Below are positions 28,671-40,702 of a DNA stretch of 64,000 nt, one piece after another. Position numbers and translations under genes: made by a program. The notes under the pieces are model-generated. The model made no database searches. It saw only the letters and a program-made list of their open reading frames with translations, and was not told where the DNA came from. Each line of letters begins with the position of its first letter. Within the stretch, counting starts at the first letter, position 1. The stretch comes from the human T2T-CHM13v2.0 reference genome, Homo sapiens, in NCBI RefSeq assembly GCF_009914755.1, contig NC_060938.1. One strand, given 5' to 3'.

Positions 28671-31070
28671 CTGTACACATGGGCACACGTACCCAAGAGA
28701 GAGAGAAGACCATAAGGCAACTAGAAGCTGAAACAAGCCCAGGCCACCCCGTCCCCTGCCAGGCTGGGACTTGGGATTCCTTTCCAAGACCAAGGCAGGA
28801 AGAATCAACAGAAGTCGGATTGGTTCAAAGGGGACAATGTTGTTGGCGGTTGGCCTGGCTGGTTGGAGACCAAGGTTTTCTTCCTAGCTTTGCCAGGGAC
28901 CCTGGGCAAGTGACCTGGATATGAATGAGAAGTAGACAAGAACTTGAAGGTTAACTGGTAGAATTTCCCCATTGTACAAACGAGTAAACTGAGGCCCAGG
29001 CAGAAGTAGCTGCCCAAGGGTCTCACATTTGGAGAGTGAGACCCTTTGCTTCCTTTGTAATCTAAGCCCAACCGCTTCTCCTGTCTTCCTTGCTACAGCC
29101 CAAGGCCAAGCCCTGGCCTTCTCTCCAGCCCTCGCTCCTGATGGCCTTGTCATGTCTACTCTGGGGCAAGGCCCCCCTCTCTTGGGTAGAAACCTCACCC
29201 AGAGAGGCCTCTACTCCTGTGTCCCACGTGACCAAAGGGAGCAGAGCAACCTGCTTGATGCTCTCCACTCAGCATCCAGGTGGTCTTGTGGGAAGGGCAC
29301 CCCTCCAAACCACCTCCATCCCCCCAGAAAGACCCAGAGGCCACCCCACCCCTCGTGGGATCATGTGGCCTACAAGGTCTGCAAGGGGCGATCCCTGACA
29401 ACCTCTCCGGCCCCACCTCGTCCCATGCTCTCTCCCCGTCTCTCTGCCCTCATTCTCTCCTTTCAGTTCCAGGCCCCCGGCCTCTGCAATTGCTGCTCCA
29501 GTGGTGGAAATGTTCTCCCATCCCTACCCTGCTACGCCCCTGACTCAGCTTGGCGATGACCTCACAGATGTGTCTCTGACCTCTTTATCCAGCCAGATCC
29601 TTTTGTATGGGCTCTCCTGGCACCAGGTTCCCCTCTAGGGGCAGAAAGCTACATTTGGATGTTACCTGGTTCATACCTATCTTCACCATGGTACTGTGAG
29701 CTCGCTGAGGGCAGAGCAGGCCTTGTTCCTTCTCTCTCACTATCATAAATCACCACTTAAGGGAATGCCCACCATTTGATAAATTTTTGGTGAATGAATG
29801 AATGAATATGAAAAACTGGGCCACAATCCACGCCTCTTGAACCTTGGCCTGGTGTTTTTCCAGCACCAATCTCAGCTTCCTCATGTGTCAACGAGAAGGG
29901 TAGCCCAAGTGAGCTGGGCTCCACCAGCAGTTCCCAGCCCTGGCTGTACCTTGGAATCTCCCTGGTGGTTTTAAAAAATACCCATGCCTGAGCCACACCA
30001 ATTAAATCAAAATTTTGCAGGTGGAGCTGGGCCTGGGGATTTTGCTTATGCTTTCCAGGTTAAACTTCTTATGCAGAGCCAGCATGGGAACTGGGTAGAT
30101 GGATTAGACTGACTGCCAGTGTCCCTCACTATACAGAGTGCCATAAATCCAAGAGTCTGGTGTTTCATGCCTGTCCCGGGGAACAAGCTGGTTTAAAAGC
30201 ACAAAGAGTTGCCAGTCACCCTCCACCTCCTCGACAGCCACGGTTGATTTCTCTGTCATCTCTGAGCCACTGGAAACCAGAACTCCACTTTCCCTGCAAC
30301 TAGCCATGTGTTGCCTGCCTTTGAATGCTGATCCAGCCCCTCTGTCACGTGGCAGGGAGAGCCCCCCGGGGCTGGGAGGCTCCCATCGCACCTGGAAGAT
30401 GTGGAGAAGTAATGTGGGTAATGTCTGCTGGGGTGGCAGCGGGAAGTGAGCTGATTTACAGCCCCGGCTTAATATCTACCAGGCTAAGAGGCTCCTGCTC
30501 ATCACCTTTTAATGTTTTTAAAAGGCCATTGACTGCGTTTCAAACCCTGGAAGGCAATCTTCTCTCCCACTGGGAAGAGCATGCCGTCTGATGGTGGCCT
30601 CTGCTCAATTATTTTACAGAAATGATTAACTCCTTACATGTCAGTGGGAAATCCACCGGCTTCTAGACCGGTGCCATTGTTAGACATCCCATCGTTGGGC
30701 CTGTGCCCCTCTAGATTCTGACCTTCTGAGACCCTGGGGTTTGCTAGAAAGCTTCATTCTCCTAATAGCTGGCCTCTGAGACCACTTCTCCAATGCACTC
30801 TACCAAGTGTGTGAACTTCAAGCAATACCATTGCCAGTGTAATTATTTTCTCAATCTCCAAGGTGCAATCTATGAGAGAGAGTTCAAGAGAAGCACGTTT
30901 GTTTAACCTGGCCCGACACAATGACCTATTTTTGTGAGAGGATATGAAGGCACAGATGTATAAGGGTGTTTAATGTGATGAAGCTCTAGGCAGAAAAATC
31001 AGGGCCAAATTTCAAGGCTGCAGGAGGAAGAAGTGAAGGAGCACACTGCATTTAAAAAACTGATAGTTCT

Positions 31071-31344
31071 CGCCTGTAATCCCAGCACTTTGGGAGGCCA
31101 AGGCGGGCGGATCACCTGAGGTCAGGAGTTCGAGACCAGCCTGGCCAACGTGATGAAACCCTGTCTCTACAAAAAAAAAATACAAAAATTAGCCAGGGTG
31201 GTGCACGCCTGTAGTCCCATCTACTCAGGATGCTGAGGCAGAGAATGACTTGAACCTGGAGGTCAAGGCTGCAGAGAGCCAAGATCATGCCACTGCACTC
31301 CAGCCTAGGCGACAGAGCAAAACTCCAGTCTCAAAAAAGAATAA
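31071..31344 (+). mobile_element. Alu, 5'-truncated by ~20 nt
   Basis: Starts cgcctgtaatccc. Confidence 0.93.
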
Positions 31345-31993
<649 letters not shown>

Positions 31994-32299
31994 AAAAAAA
32001 TCAATGGTTCTCAGTCTCTTACATAAGGGCCTCTCTGAAATGTGAGCAGGCACAATTGCTTAGCCAACTGTTCTCACAAAAGAATCATGTCTGGTCCGTC
32101 CTTATGCCTGACGGCTGAGCCCCCACTGCAGTGTCCTGATAGTTTGGTCCAGTCCAAGCCTGTGGCGTCTGAGCCTGCCTCGACTCTGGGTTACTCAGAC
32201 CCCATATCCACTTGCTAGCCTCTCTCCATCCTTCAAACCTATCTCTTGAACAGCCTTCTTGGGTGTTCATGCAAGAACAGGACTGAGATTTCTCTCTCT

Positions 32300-32367
32300 C
32301 CTTTTTTTGAGACAGGGTTTCGCTATGTTGACCAGACTGGTCTCAAATTTCTGGCTCAAGCAGTCCT
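32300..32367 (-). mobile_element. FLAM fragment (part of a local duplicate, see findings)
   Basis: tttttttgagacagggtttcgctatgttgaccagactggtctc. Confidence 0.75.
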
Positions 32368-33217
32368 CCTTCTTGGGCAAAACCATCCTAAACCCTCCCT
32401 CACCCCAAATTAGACTCACCTGCTCAATGCTGCTGCTTTATTCTGCAAACACTTCTGTCTGGGACATTTCCATGCTATTTTGCAATGTGTGTCTGTCTAC
32501 ACTAAGTTGTGAGTGTCTTAGGGCGGGCAGGTAGATGAGTACTTTATTAATCCTGAACAATCATGACTTTCTGAGCCCTACTATGTGTCCATCATGGGTT
32601 CAGGCTCCCACTTCGCCCTGGGCATAACCGGGAGAGATAGGTGATATTATCCACTCTTAACAGGTGGCTTGAAGGCTCAGCGAAGCTAAATGATGTACCA
32701 CAGTTGCCCAAGGCCCAGCATTCAGTTGGCACAATGCCCACCAGTGGGGAAACACAGGATCTGTCCCATTCCCCAGTGCTGGTTCCACTTGGGGGTTCTG
32801 TTGATTGGCAGTGTTGTATTTAGACCAATAGAGAGGAAGCCTCGGGTGTCTGGAGCTTGTCCCAACACCTGGCGTTTGGTTTCTATCTTGGGGAATTTCA
32901 AAAGGAGAAGGAAGTTTCCCCTGAAGTAACATGCTCTTAGCTGGACTTCGTTAAGAAAGAGCAGAGGCCCAGAAAAGTCAGTGACTTGCCTAAAGCCCAC
33001 AGAACGCAGGCTGGTTTCAGTACTTCCTGGGACCACTTCTTATTCCCATTTCACAATCGTCTGCCTTCCAGGCCCTATTCTGCAGCCAGAATCCTGTAAA
33101 TGCTGTAGTCCTGAGAGTGGGCTGAGGCACAGGTATGTCCTGGAGTCCCCTGGATTTGGTACCTGTAGCAGAGGTCTGAGGGACACAGTGTTCCCAGCAT
33201 CAGTTCCCTCTTCTCCA

Positions 33218-33312
33218 ACCACCATCCTACTCCTGGCCAATCAGTGTCCTACCACCATCCTACTCCTGGCCAATCAGTGTCCTACCACCGTCCTACTCCT
33301 GGCCAATCAGTG
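33218..33312. repeat. 33-bp tandem repeat, ~2.9 copies
   Basis: Unit accaccatcctactcctggccaatcagtgtcct. Confidence 0.97.
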
Positions 33313-33438
33313 CAGTTTTGGGTCCAGCAGACGTTGCCTCCTAAATCATTCTTGAATCCATCTATTCCTCTGTTTCCTTTGCCGCCACCTGAACCAGGCC
33401 ACCATCAGGTCTCCAGTGGGCAGTACCTGCCTCTCATC

Positions 33439-33620
33439 TAGGGTTGCCAGATAAAATATAAGACACCCTATTACATCTGAATTTCAGATAAACAACAAAT
33501 AATTTTAAAGTATATCCCCAATATTATATGGGAAAGATGCTAGAAAAACAATTTGTAGTTCATTTGAAATTCAAAGTTAACTGAATGTCCTGTATTTTAT
33601 TTGCTAAAGCTGGCCACCCT
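33439..33620. mobile_element. MER53 (palindromic hAT MITE)
   Basis: TIRs tagggttgccag...ctggccaccct; internal gaatttcagataaacaac / gtagttcatttgaaattc. Confidence 0.75.
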
Positions 33621-33699
33621 CCTCTTACCTACCTCTTTGCCCCTGCCTTACCTCCTCCCTGCATCCATCCTTCATGCAGGAATTGGACTGAGATGTCTC

Positions 33700-33827
33700 T
33701 CTTTTTTTTTGAGACATGGTTTTGCTGTGTTGTCCAGGCTGGTGTCGAATTCCTGGGCTCAAGCAATCCTCCTGCCTTGGCTTCCCGAAGTGTTGGGATT
33801 ACAGGTGTGAGCCACTGCAACCAGCCT
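33700..33827 (-). mobile_element. FLAM inserted in L2
   Basis: TSD ggactgagat(g/t)tct on both sides. Confidence 0.88.
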
Positions 33828-35217
33828 GGACTGAGATTTCTAAAATACCAACCTGAGATTGTGTCATCTGTTACTTAAAATCCTTTACTTAAAATGACAT
33901 CCATAGCCCTCAGGATCAAGTCCAAACTGCAGGACACTATGTTAGTGGCTTACAACAGTGGCCTTACCTGGTGCTTCTTTCCCCTGGGTCTTCCAAAGTC
34001 CCTCTCTCCTCTGGCCTTGGGCTGTTCTGTCTGCCTGGACACCTCACCCTCATTTGCATCCTAACTTCTCATCCTTCATGTCTCAGCTGAAGCACCACAC
34101 CATTGAGGCTTCTATGACTCTTGCCCCGGGTCCAAGCTGTTTGCTCTTGCTGAGCTCTCTTGATGATAATTACTTGTTTAATTAGCTCTACATTGCCAAA
34201 CTATCAGTGCCACGAGGGAAGAGGCCACTAAGCCCCTTGCACTTAACAAAGGGCCTGGCATACAGTAGGCGCCCAATAAATGCTGCCGAATGAATCATCA
34301 AAGCTGCAGAGACTGACCATGGAAGGGGTTCAACATCACTTGGGTCTGGGGTGGCTCCTCATCAGCACACAGAGACCCATAAGGCCAGATAAGAGGCTGT
34401 CTCTCTAACTAGTACTTTAGGAGGGCAGCCACAAAGATGATGGCTTCTGGCATCTTTCATGGAGACAGGCCAGCACCACGGTAACTTGATGAGACATACT
34501 CCTGTCACACCTAATAAATTTGCCAGCCTGTCATCCTCTTCTCTTTCAAAAAAAAAAAAAAAAAAAAAAAGAATCATCTGGAAGTGAACTTAGAAGAACC
34601 CTAAATCACAAAAGCTCAAAATCTCAATTCCAGACACATTAAAGAACAGGGTGAAAGGCTAAGGAATGCTCCCACCAACTTTCTGGCAATTTAAATATCG
34701 TCTAACTTTAATGATTAAGTTTCTTATCAACTAGCAGCAGTCAGAGGCTTAAGGCTGATTGCAAGGTAAGAACCTGGTGCTTTGGGGGACCCCAGGTCTT
34801 TTGCCTCATCGACGATCCCATTAATCATAGGACTTTGTTATGTTGGCCTTGTCCTTCCAAATGTTCTTCTGGCAAAATGCTCATGGAAGGGCAGATAGCT
34901 CTGAGTTTGCTCTCCAGATTAGAGAAACTCCTATGACATGACAGATTTTATTTTCCCCACTTAAAGAGAAACACATGGCTTCGTGCATTTCCATTTTTCC
35001 TCTTCTCTCCTACGTTCCCTTGGATTTAGCTCTTTTGCTTAAAGCCAGATCCATTCATTCCAAAACCCCTTTCCCTTGATTTCCCTGTCCCTATCATTTG
35101 TAAATTAATTTTTCCAGAGCCTCAAGCCAAGATTTTACCCATTCTACTTGTCTGGAGGGTTCCTTTTTAAATTGATTTTTATGAAAATTGATTTGTATTG
35201 AGTGAGAGCATCTGAAA

Positions 35218-35288
35218 TACACCCGCACACACACACACCCCTGCACACACACAGACACCCCTGCATACACACACACACACACCCCTGC
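35218..35288. repeat. CA-rich ~20-bp imperfect tandem repeat
   Basis: acacccctgcacacac... units. Confidence 0.8.
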
Positions 35289-36988
35289 TTGTGTAAGTAC
35301 TGCCTGGCTGAAGGACACTTAAAAAACTGAACTGCTTTCACAAAATTATTTCTTCTGGGAGGAGTGCATGGTGCTTGGGGGTCTTCTGTTTAGATCCTAC
35401 TAGCTTACACAGCAGAATTCTAGTCCTGGAGACTGACAACCTCACTACGTTGCTTCCCACCCCAGGTGAAGGTGTCTTATGGAAGAGAGAAAAGTGTAAA
35501 CAAATGAATCTAAAAACGAAGTGAACTCAATATCTGAGGTTCAGCTAAAAGTTGAACAAGCGAAGCTGGTCCCAAGCCACTAAAGTGTTTAGAAGTGACA
35601 AAATCATGTTTCCTGAGGAGGCACAGCTGAGTTTAATAACTGCTGTTTCACACATTAGACAAAGCTGTCAATTCCAAAAGGAAAACAATTGTGAGACGGA
35701 GGCAAGCCAGAGAAGAGAGCAGAAGATGGGGCCTGGGAGTAGGGGGTGCTGAGCAGCGTCTGAACCTGGCTATCGATGGGCAGTCACCCAGGCCATCATC
35801 CAGGCAGGACTGACTGAGCAAGCTCTCGGCAGGGCCCCATCATTTGGGGCAGCTCATGGACCTCGGTAGACTGGCAAGTGGTCTTGCCCGCATCCCTTTT
35901 TTTCCTGGTCTGTCACCCCTACTAGTACAGAGCAACCATGTGAATTGTCCCCAAACCCCAAAATGCCATCAGGAGCACATGAGGCTACAAATACCCCAGA
36001 GTGGATCCTCAATGCCCAAAACAATGAAAATGTCCTCCAGAGCCTGCAGAAAAAATGTCAAACAGACCACGCAGTGATAAACAGAGTACCTGGTCAGCCA
36101 GGCAGAAGAACGGCATTGCTATTACTCCTATCAACAATGGCAGCAACCACTACTGGTTAATTTCATCATGGACCTGGCACTGCACTAAGTAATCCTTACA
36201 TGCATTTATCTCATCAAGTACTTACAATAGTACAGTCAGGAAGAAGAAACTAACTCTCAGAGAGGGTAAGTGGGTTGCCTAAAGCCTCCCAGCTGGTGAG
36301 GGACAGAGCTGAAGCTCAAATTCCAGAGCTGACATCGAAGTCCACCTTGTCACCTCTCCACTGTACCAGTGACGATGCGCATTCTGGGGGGGACTAGGGA
36401 CCACCCCATTGAAACCCCTCTCTGACCCTAAGAGGTAACTCCAGTTAGTGGCTGCCTGGCCTCTGCCCTGGGATTTAAGGGACCCAGGGTGAGAGATTCA
36501 ACCCTGGGCAGTCCTGACAGATGGGCCACCATGCATTATCTGTCTACATCCTCAACTCTGATACCTGTAAGAAACACGGCTGCCTTCCGTGTTGAAAACC
36601 AGTTTAAGAAAGCTAATTTGAAGTTCATCAGTGGTTCTGGTGAGAAAGAAATAATATATATCCTTGGGATCATTTTTCTTTGTAAGTTTGTTTCTTTGCT
36701 GAATTTCTGCCCTAGAATGTTATCATTGGAAGGTATTCTCTGAGCCCCTTTCCATTCCAAGGCCAGCCCGGTCCTGCAGGATTTAGGCCACAATCGAAGC
36801 CTCTCTTTGGAGTTTCTTATCTTTTCAGGGGTAGGGTATAGGGGACCGTAGCAGCTTTTCTTTTCCCAAGCTCTTCCGAGAACCAATCAGTGGGGTGGCT
36901 GCAAGAGGCCAGGGTCTCAGGAGGGAAGGGACAGCTCGCCCCTTACCCAGGAGGCCCTCCCAGCCAGTGCGCAGCCGGCGCGTCTCAC

Positions 36989-37081
36989 CTGCACGAAGCC
37001 CCAGAGCGGGTGGAGCGCGCAGTGCAGCAGCAGCGAGGACCAGCAGCAGCCACGGCGCAGCACCAAGTCCCGGAGGAGCAT
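36989..37081 (-). CDS. PRIMA1: PRIMA1 first coding exon (c.1-93; signal peptide, MLLRDLVLRRGCCWSSLLLHCALHPLWGFVQ)
   Basis: ATG at 37081-37079 (context GCCGAGATG), 93 nt = 31 codons, ends CAG|GTGAGA in phase 0. Too short for the ORF track. Confidence 0.97.
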
Positions 37082-37112
37082 CTCGGCCAGCGGCGCCCGC
37101 TCCTGGGGCGAA
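37082..37112 (-). other. PRIMA1: 5'UTR part of the PRIMA1 first coding exon
   Basis: Polypyrimidine acceptor ccttgctctcctgacag|TTCG lies 31 nt upstream of the ATG. Confidence 0.85.
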
Positions 37113-37772
37113 CTGTCAGGAGAGCAAGGCTAGGGTCAGGCGGACACCGCGCAGGCACTTCCGCCGCCGCGCACCAATATACCTCCCAGCCCGGGTCGGA
37201 CGGGCACGCCCCGCACCCAGGGGCACCCTAGTAAACCAAGCCTGCACTTACACTCCAGCTTACACCTTCACTGACTCTTCGTCAGTCCCAGAATTCACAC
37301 TCTTCTTACGCACATCCCCAGAGCCCCGCGTGTACACTTTAGCTCCGCGCACAGCTCCAGAATACTGCGTGCATACCTTGGCCCCATGGACACCTCCAGA
37401 AACAGCCAAGCACACTTACTGCGCCCCATTAACCCCCATACAACTCACTCTCACTGTGAGCACACTTCAAACCCGGCGGGCACTACTCACCTGCGCGCAC
37501 AACCACAGAAACAGCCGTGCACACACACTGATCCCCGTGCACACCCACCGACTCCTGCCTGCACCCTCGCTGACCCTGCATGCACGGCCCCAAGAAATCT
37601 CACGCTGCCTGCACCCACACTGCCCAGCCGGCCTCATTGCGCACACTGCAACATAGGCACCTCCGTGCGCTGCCCCTTTGCACGCCTCCGCCCAGCCCCG
37701 ATCTCCCGCTCCCGGGCGTGGGTTCCCCCACGCCTCCATCTCCGCCCGCACCCTTCCAACGCCTCACGCTAC

Positions 37773-37848
37773 CTTGCCTGGCGGCGGCCCCAGCCGACCC
37801 TGGGCTCGGGGAAAAGAGGTCCGCGTTCCCCCCGCGGCAGCTCTGTTT
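37773..37848 (-). other. PRIMA1: Putative non-coding exon 1 of PRIMA1
   Basis: Donor-like AAG|GTAGCG (GT at 37772-37771). A TATA-like TTTAAA lies ~25 nt upstream of the inferred start. Start is inferred and alternative donors exist nearby. Confidence 0.55.
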
Positions 37849-37870
37849 CCCAGCAGCCGGACAGCCCCCA

Positions 37871-37876
37871 TTTAAA
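37871..37876 (-). promoter_or_regulatory. TATA-like element (TTTAAA)
   Basis: Isolated AT hexamer in GC-rich sequence, just upstream of the putative exon 1. Confidence 0.45.
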
Positions 37877-40214
37877 GCCAGCCGCCTCCCCAGTCCCCCG
37901 CCCTCTAGGCGGGGCCTCCGTCCTCACCTTGGCGGCTGCGCGGGCGCCCGGGGGCTTCACATGCCGGGGAGGAGCGCCCGGCGCTGGAGCAAAAGTTTGC
38001 GCGCCGGTTGGGCCTCCCGGGCCGCTGAGCAGAGGACCAGGAGCGGCGTCCTCGCACGGGGCGCAGGGCGCGGTGGCTCCGGACTGCGCCTAGCCGCGCG
38101 CGGGGCGGGAGGGGCGGCACCCCGCTCCCAGGGCCAGGGCTGGCCGCCGAGGCGGAGGCAGAGGGCGGGGAAAGTCTCCTCCACGCCGCCTGGAGCCGGC
38201 CGCGCGAGCCCTCCCCGGGCCCGCGTTGGCTCCCCGCCTTTCCTGGTGGCGCCGCGCGGCTGCCCGGGGCACTGGGGTGCCCGAGCTCTCTACTACCCTC
38301 ACGCTGGCCCGCGAGAGGCAGCGGCGGGAGGCGCCGGCAGGGAGCTCCCGCTGGGGCAGCAAAGCCGTGGGTGGAGGCGAAATAAATAATCCACGAAAAA
38401 GGAAAACAGACGTGAGCCGAGCCAGAGCCTCTCCCGCCTCCCGCCCGGGGTTGCGCTCCCGCCCGCGCTCCCCCCGCCGCCGCCGCCAGCGCCGCTGCAG
38501 TGATTCCTCGTCTCCATCTAGCGAGGCTATTGTGTATTGGGCGCTTAATTATTTATTCACCCTGGAGGCCGAGGATTCCCACTTCCATGGGGTTTTGGCC
38601 CTTGCCTGCGCTTCCCCCAAGCCTCTCCCGAGGCTGCGGAAAGGTGGCGAGGACTGACTTGAGACCCTTTTTTGCGCTCCATCCTTGAGGACTCTCCCCG
38701 CCGCACTCCCCGCAGGCTCTCCCGGGCGCCGGGGCTGAAAGGTGCAGGCCGCCCCTCTCCCGGCCATGGGCCTTGTCCTCTCCTTTGTAGTCCCAGCAGC
38801 AGAAACTCTCTTGCAACACTAGGCTGCGGCTGGGAAGGAGTTGTGACGGCCCTGGGGAGAACATTTCTACCACTGCTCTTCCTCAACCATCTGCAAACTC
38901 CTCTGTTTGAGGCAAGATTATCAACAAGTCGGTTCTTCGGGAGGTAGCCTGGTTGCATCTCTTTCAGACAAGCTGTGCCTAGCAGCATCACAGGCATGGC
39001 GCGGCCTCTCTGCTCTTGTGGTGGAAGCACTTTGCAAGCGCTTTGACTGATGGGGGCGCCTTCCAGAAGGCCCTCAAGGCCTGGACAATCCTATTTTTAG
39101 GTTGGATGAGAGAACCAGGGGCTTAAGACACAGAGCTGAGGGTCAGATACTACAGTGCATGCATGGAAGAAACATTTACTGAGCACCTTTTCCCGGTATT
39201 TGGACACCCTTAAGCCACTCATGTAAACACACACTATAAACGCTGGTTTGCAGAGTATAAACTACCTTGCAAGCCAGCTTTCAGAACAATGTCTTAGCGG
39301 CCTCCTTCATGCCAGAGCGCCGCCCCGAGGCTGCAGATTGCACCTCAACCAGCAAGATGCAGGGACAAATGTGAATGAGACCTTGTTCCTTCCCCCCTAA
39401 GAATTCAGGGGCCTGTCAGGGAGATGGATAAAACCAACCATTCCACTGTGCACTGGCATGTCACACACAGCTGCCCCGAGAAAGGGGAAGACAGGAATGG
39501 AGGGCGGGTTGAGTAAAGGCTCCCAGGAGAGGGTGACTTCCTGGGAGTAGGGGAACATCTCAAGCATTGGTAACTCTTTGTGCAAAGAAATGGAGACATT
39601 TATTCAATCCTTCATTCCTTCATTCCATATGTAGCCTCCATGGGCACCTGCTGGGGGCCAGACAGAACTCTGGATGCTGGGTAGAAAAGGGAACAAGAGG
39701 ATATCTCACTGGGGGTGGGATAGGATGGAGGGAGGATGGCAAGAAGATGAAGGGGTAGGGACTTCCTAGGTGACTCATCTACAGTTTGGAGAAATGGAGC
39801 AGCTATTGGTCAGCTGAGGTCAAAATAACACTGGATATTTTAATGCCTGTCCGGCTAAAACAAGTCGTGGTATTTTGCTCAGCACAATCTTTACATTTGA
39901 CAACAGCTCCTGATGTTTACACATGGAGCTCATTGCCACTTACAAATGTTATTTACACCGCATTTTAATTCAGGTCTCACAACTCTTTGATGTAAGTGTA
40001 ATTGCCCTGTGTGAACAGTTCAGAGACCTTCGTGCCTGAGCCAGAATCACACAGCGGCTCACTGGGGGTTCAGAAATACTAACCCCCAACTAGAGGCTCA
40101 CGACGTTGGGAGAACTTAGGTAAGTTTTGTGCATTGGAAAACCTGCATTGTCTAATCTGGTCTTCAATATTGCTGTAGTGGACCTAATCTATGCACCTCT
40201 CGAGGGTCACCTGG

Positions 40215-40702
40215 TGTAGATTGCCCGATTCTGTCACTGTTCAGTGTGCCACTTGTAGCCTGCACGGACCTAGGGGGACTGAACAAAGCGGGGCGAACGT
40301 GGGAATAAAAGACAAGAGATAAAAGAGTATATTTGGAAGAAGGGGTCAGGGGGCGCCTTGCCTCTACTGGACAAGGGCCCTGAGTTTTACACAGCTCTCC
40401 ATATTTATTAGGCAAAAGAGATAGTGAGAAAGGGGAGGGGGTGTGATTGTCCAGTAATTGTCAATTGGTTCACAGCAGGCTTGTGAGGCTGCATCCTTTG
40501 AACAATAGGTGCTAGATTTCCCAATAGATAACTTCGAGGAGCCCGGCACCAAGGAGTGATGTCCCTCAGCAAACCTTTTGGTGGCAGGGCCTTGTGAGTT
40601 TGCCCTCATCCTGCATTCATGATAAACAGTTTGCTGTTTGATCATATAGCCTCCAGCAGAATGATGAGTTGGTTGCGTCCCATGGGCCTTCAGCTCCCTG
40701 CA
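40215..40702 (-). mobile_element. Solo LTR3 (HERV-K HML-6/HERVK3; LTR3B-like)
   Basis: Minus strand begins TGCAGGGAGCTGAAGGCCC...GGAGGCTATATGATCAAACAGCAAACTGTTTATCATGAATGCAGG and ends CTACA; 6-bp TSD ACCTGG at 40209-40214 and 40703-40708. Confidence 0.85.

Larger units (their letters stand above)
36900..38780. promoter_or_regulatory. CpG island / PRIMA1 promoter
   Basis: Very high GC and CpG density, several GC boxes (e.g. ggggcggga ~38102), short CCG run ~38473-38490; spans the first exons. Confidence 0.92.

Noticed and set aside
33218-33312. CRISPR-like or coding repeat (TTILLLANQCP x3)
   Set aside because: There are no spacers and the context is eukaryotic; it is a simple minisatellite whose unit length happens to be divisible by 3.
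37848-37869. REST/RE1-like cagcagccggacagcccc near the TSS
   Set aside because: The right half-site is good, but the left half mismatches and the spacer is 1 nt short of canonical.
36895-38657. Long plus-strand ORFs (253, 235, 269, 143 aa)
   Set aside because: They result from stop-codon scarcity in a CpG island; low-complexity R/P/A/G composition, overlapping frames, no recognisable domain.
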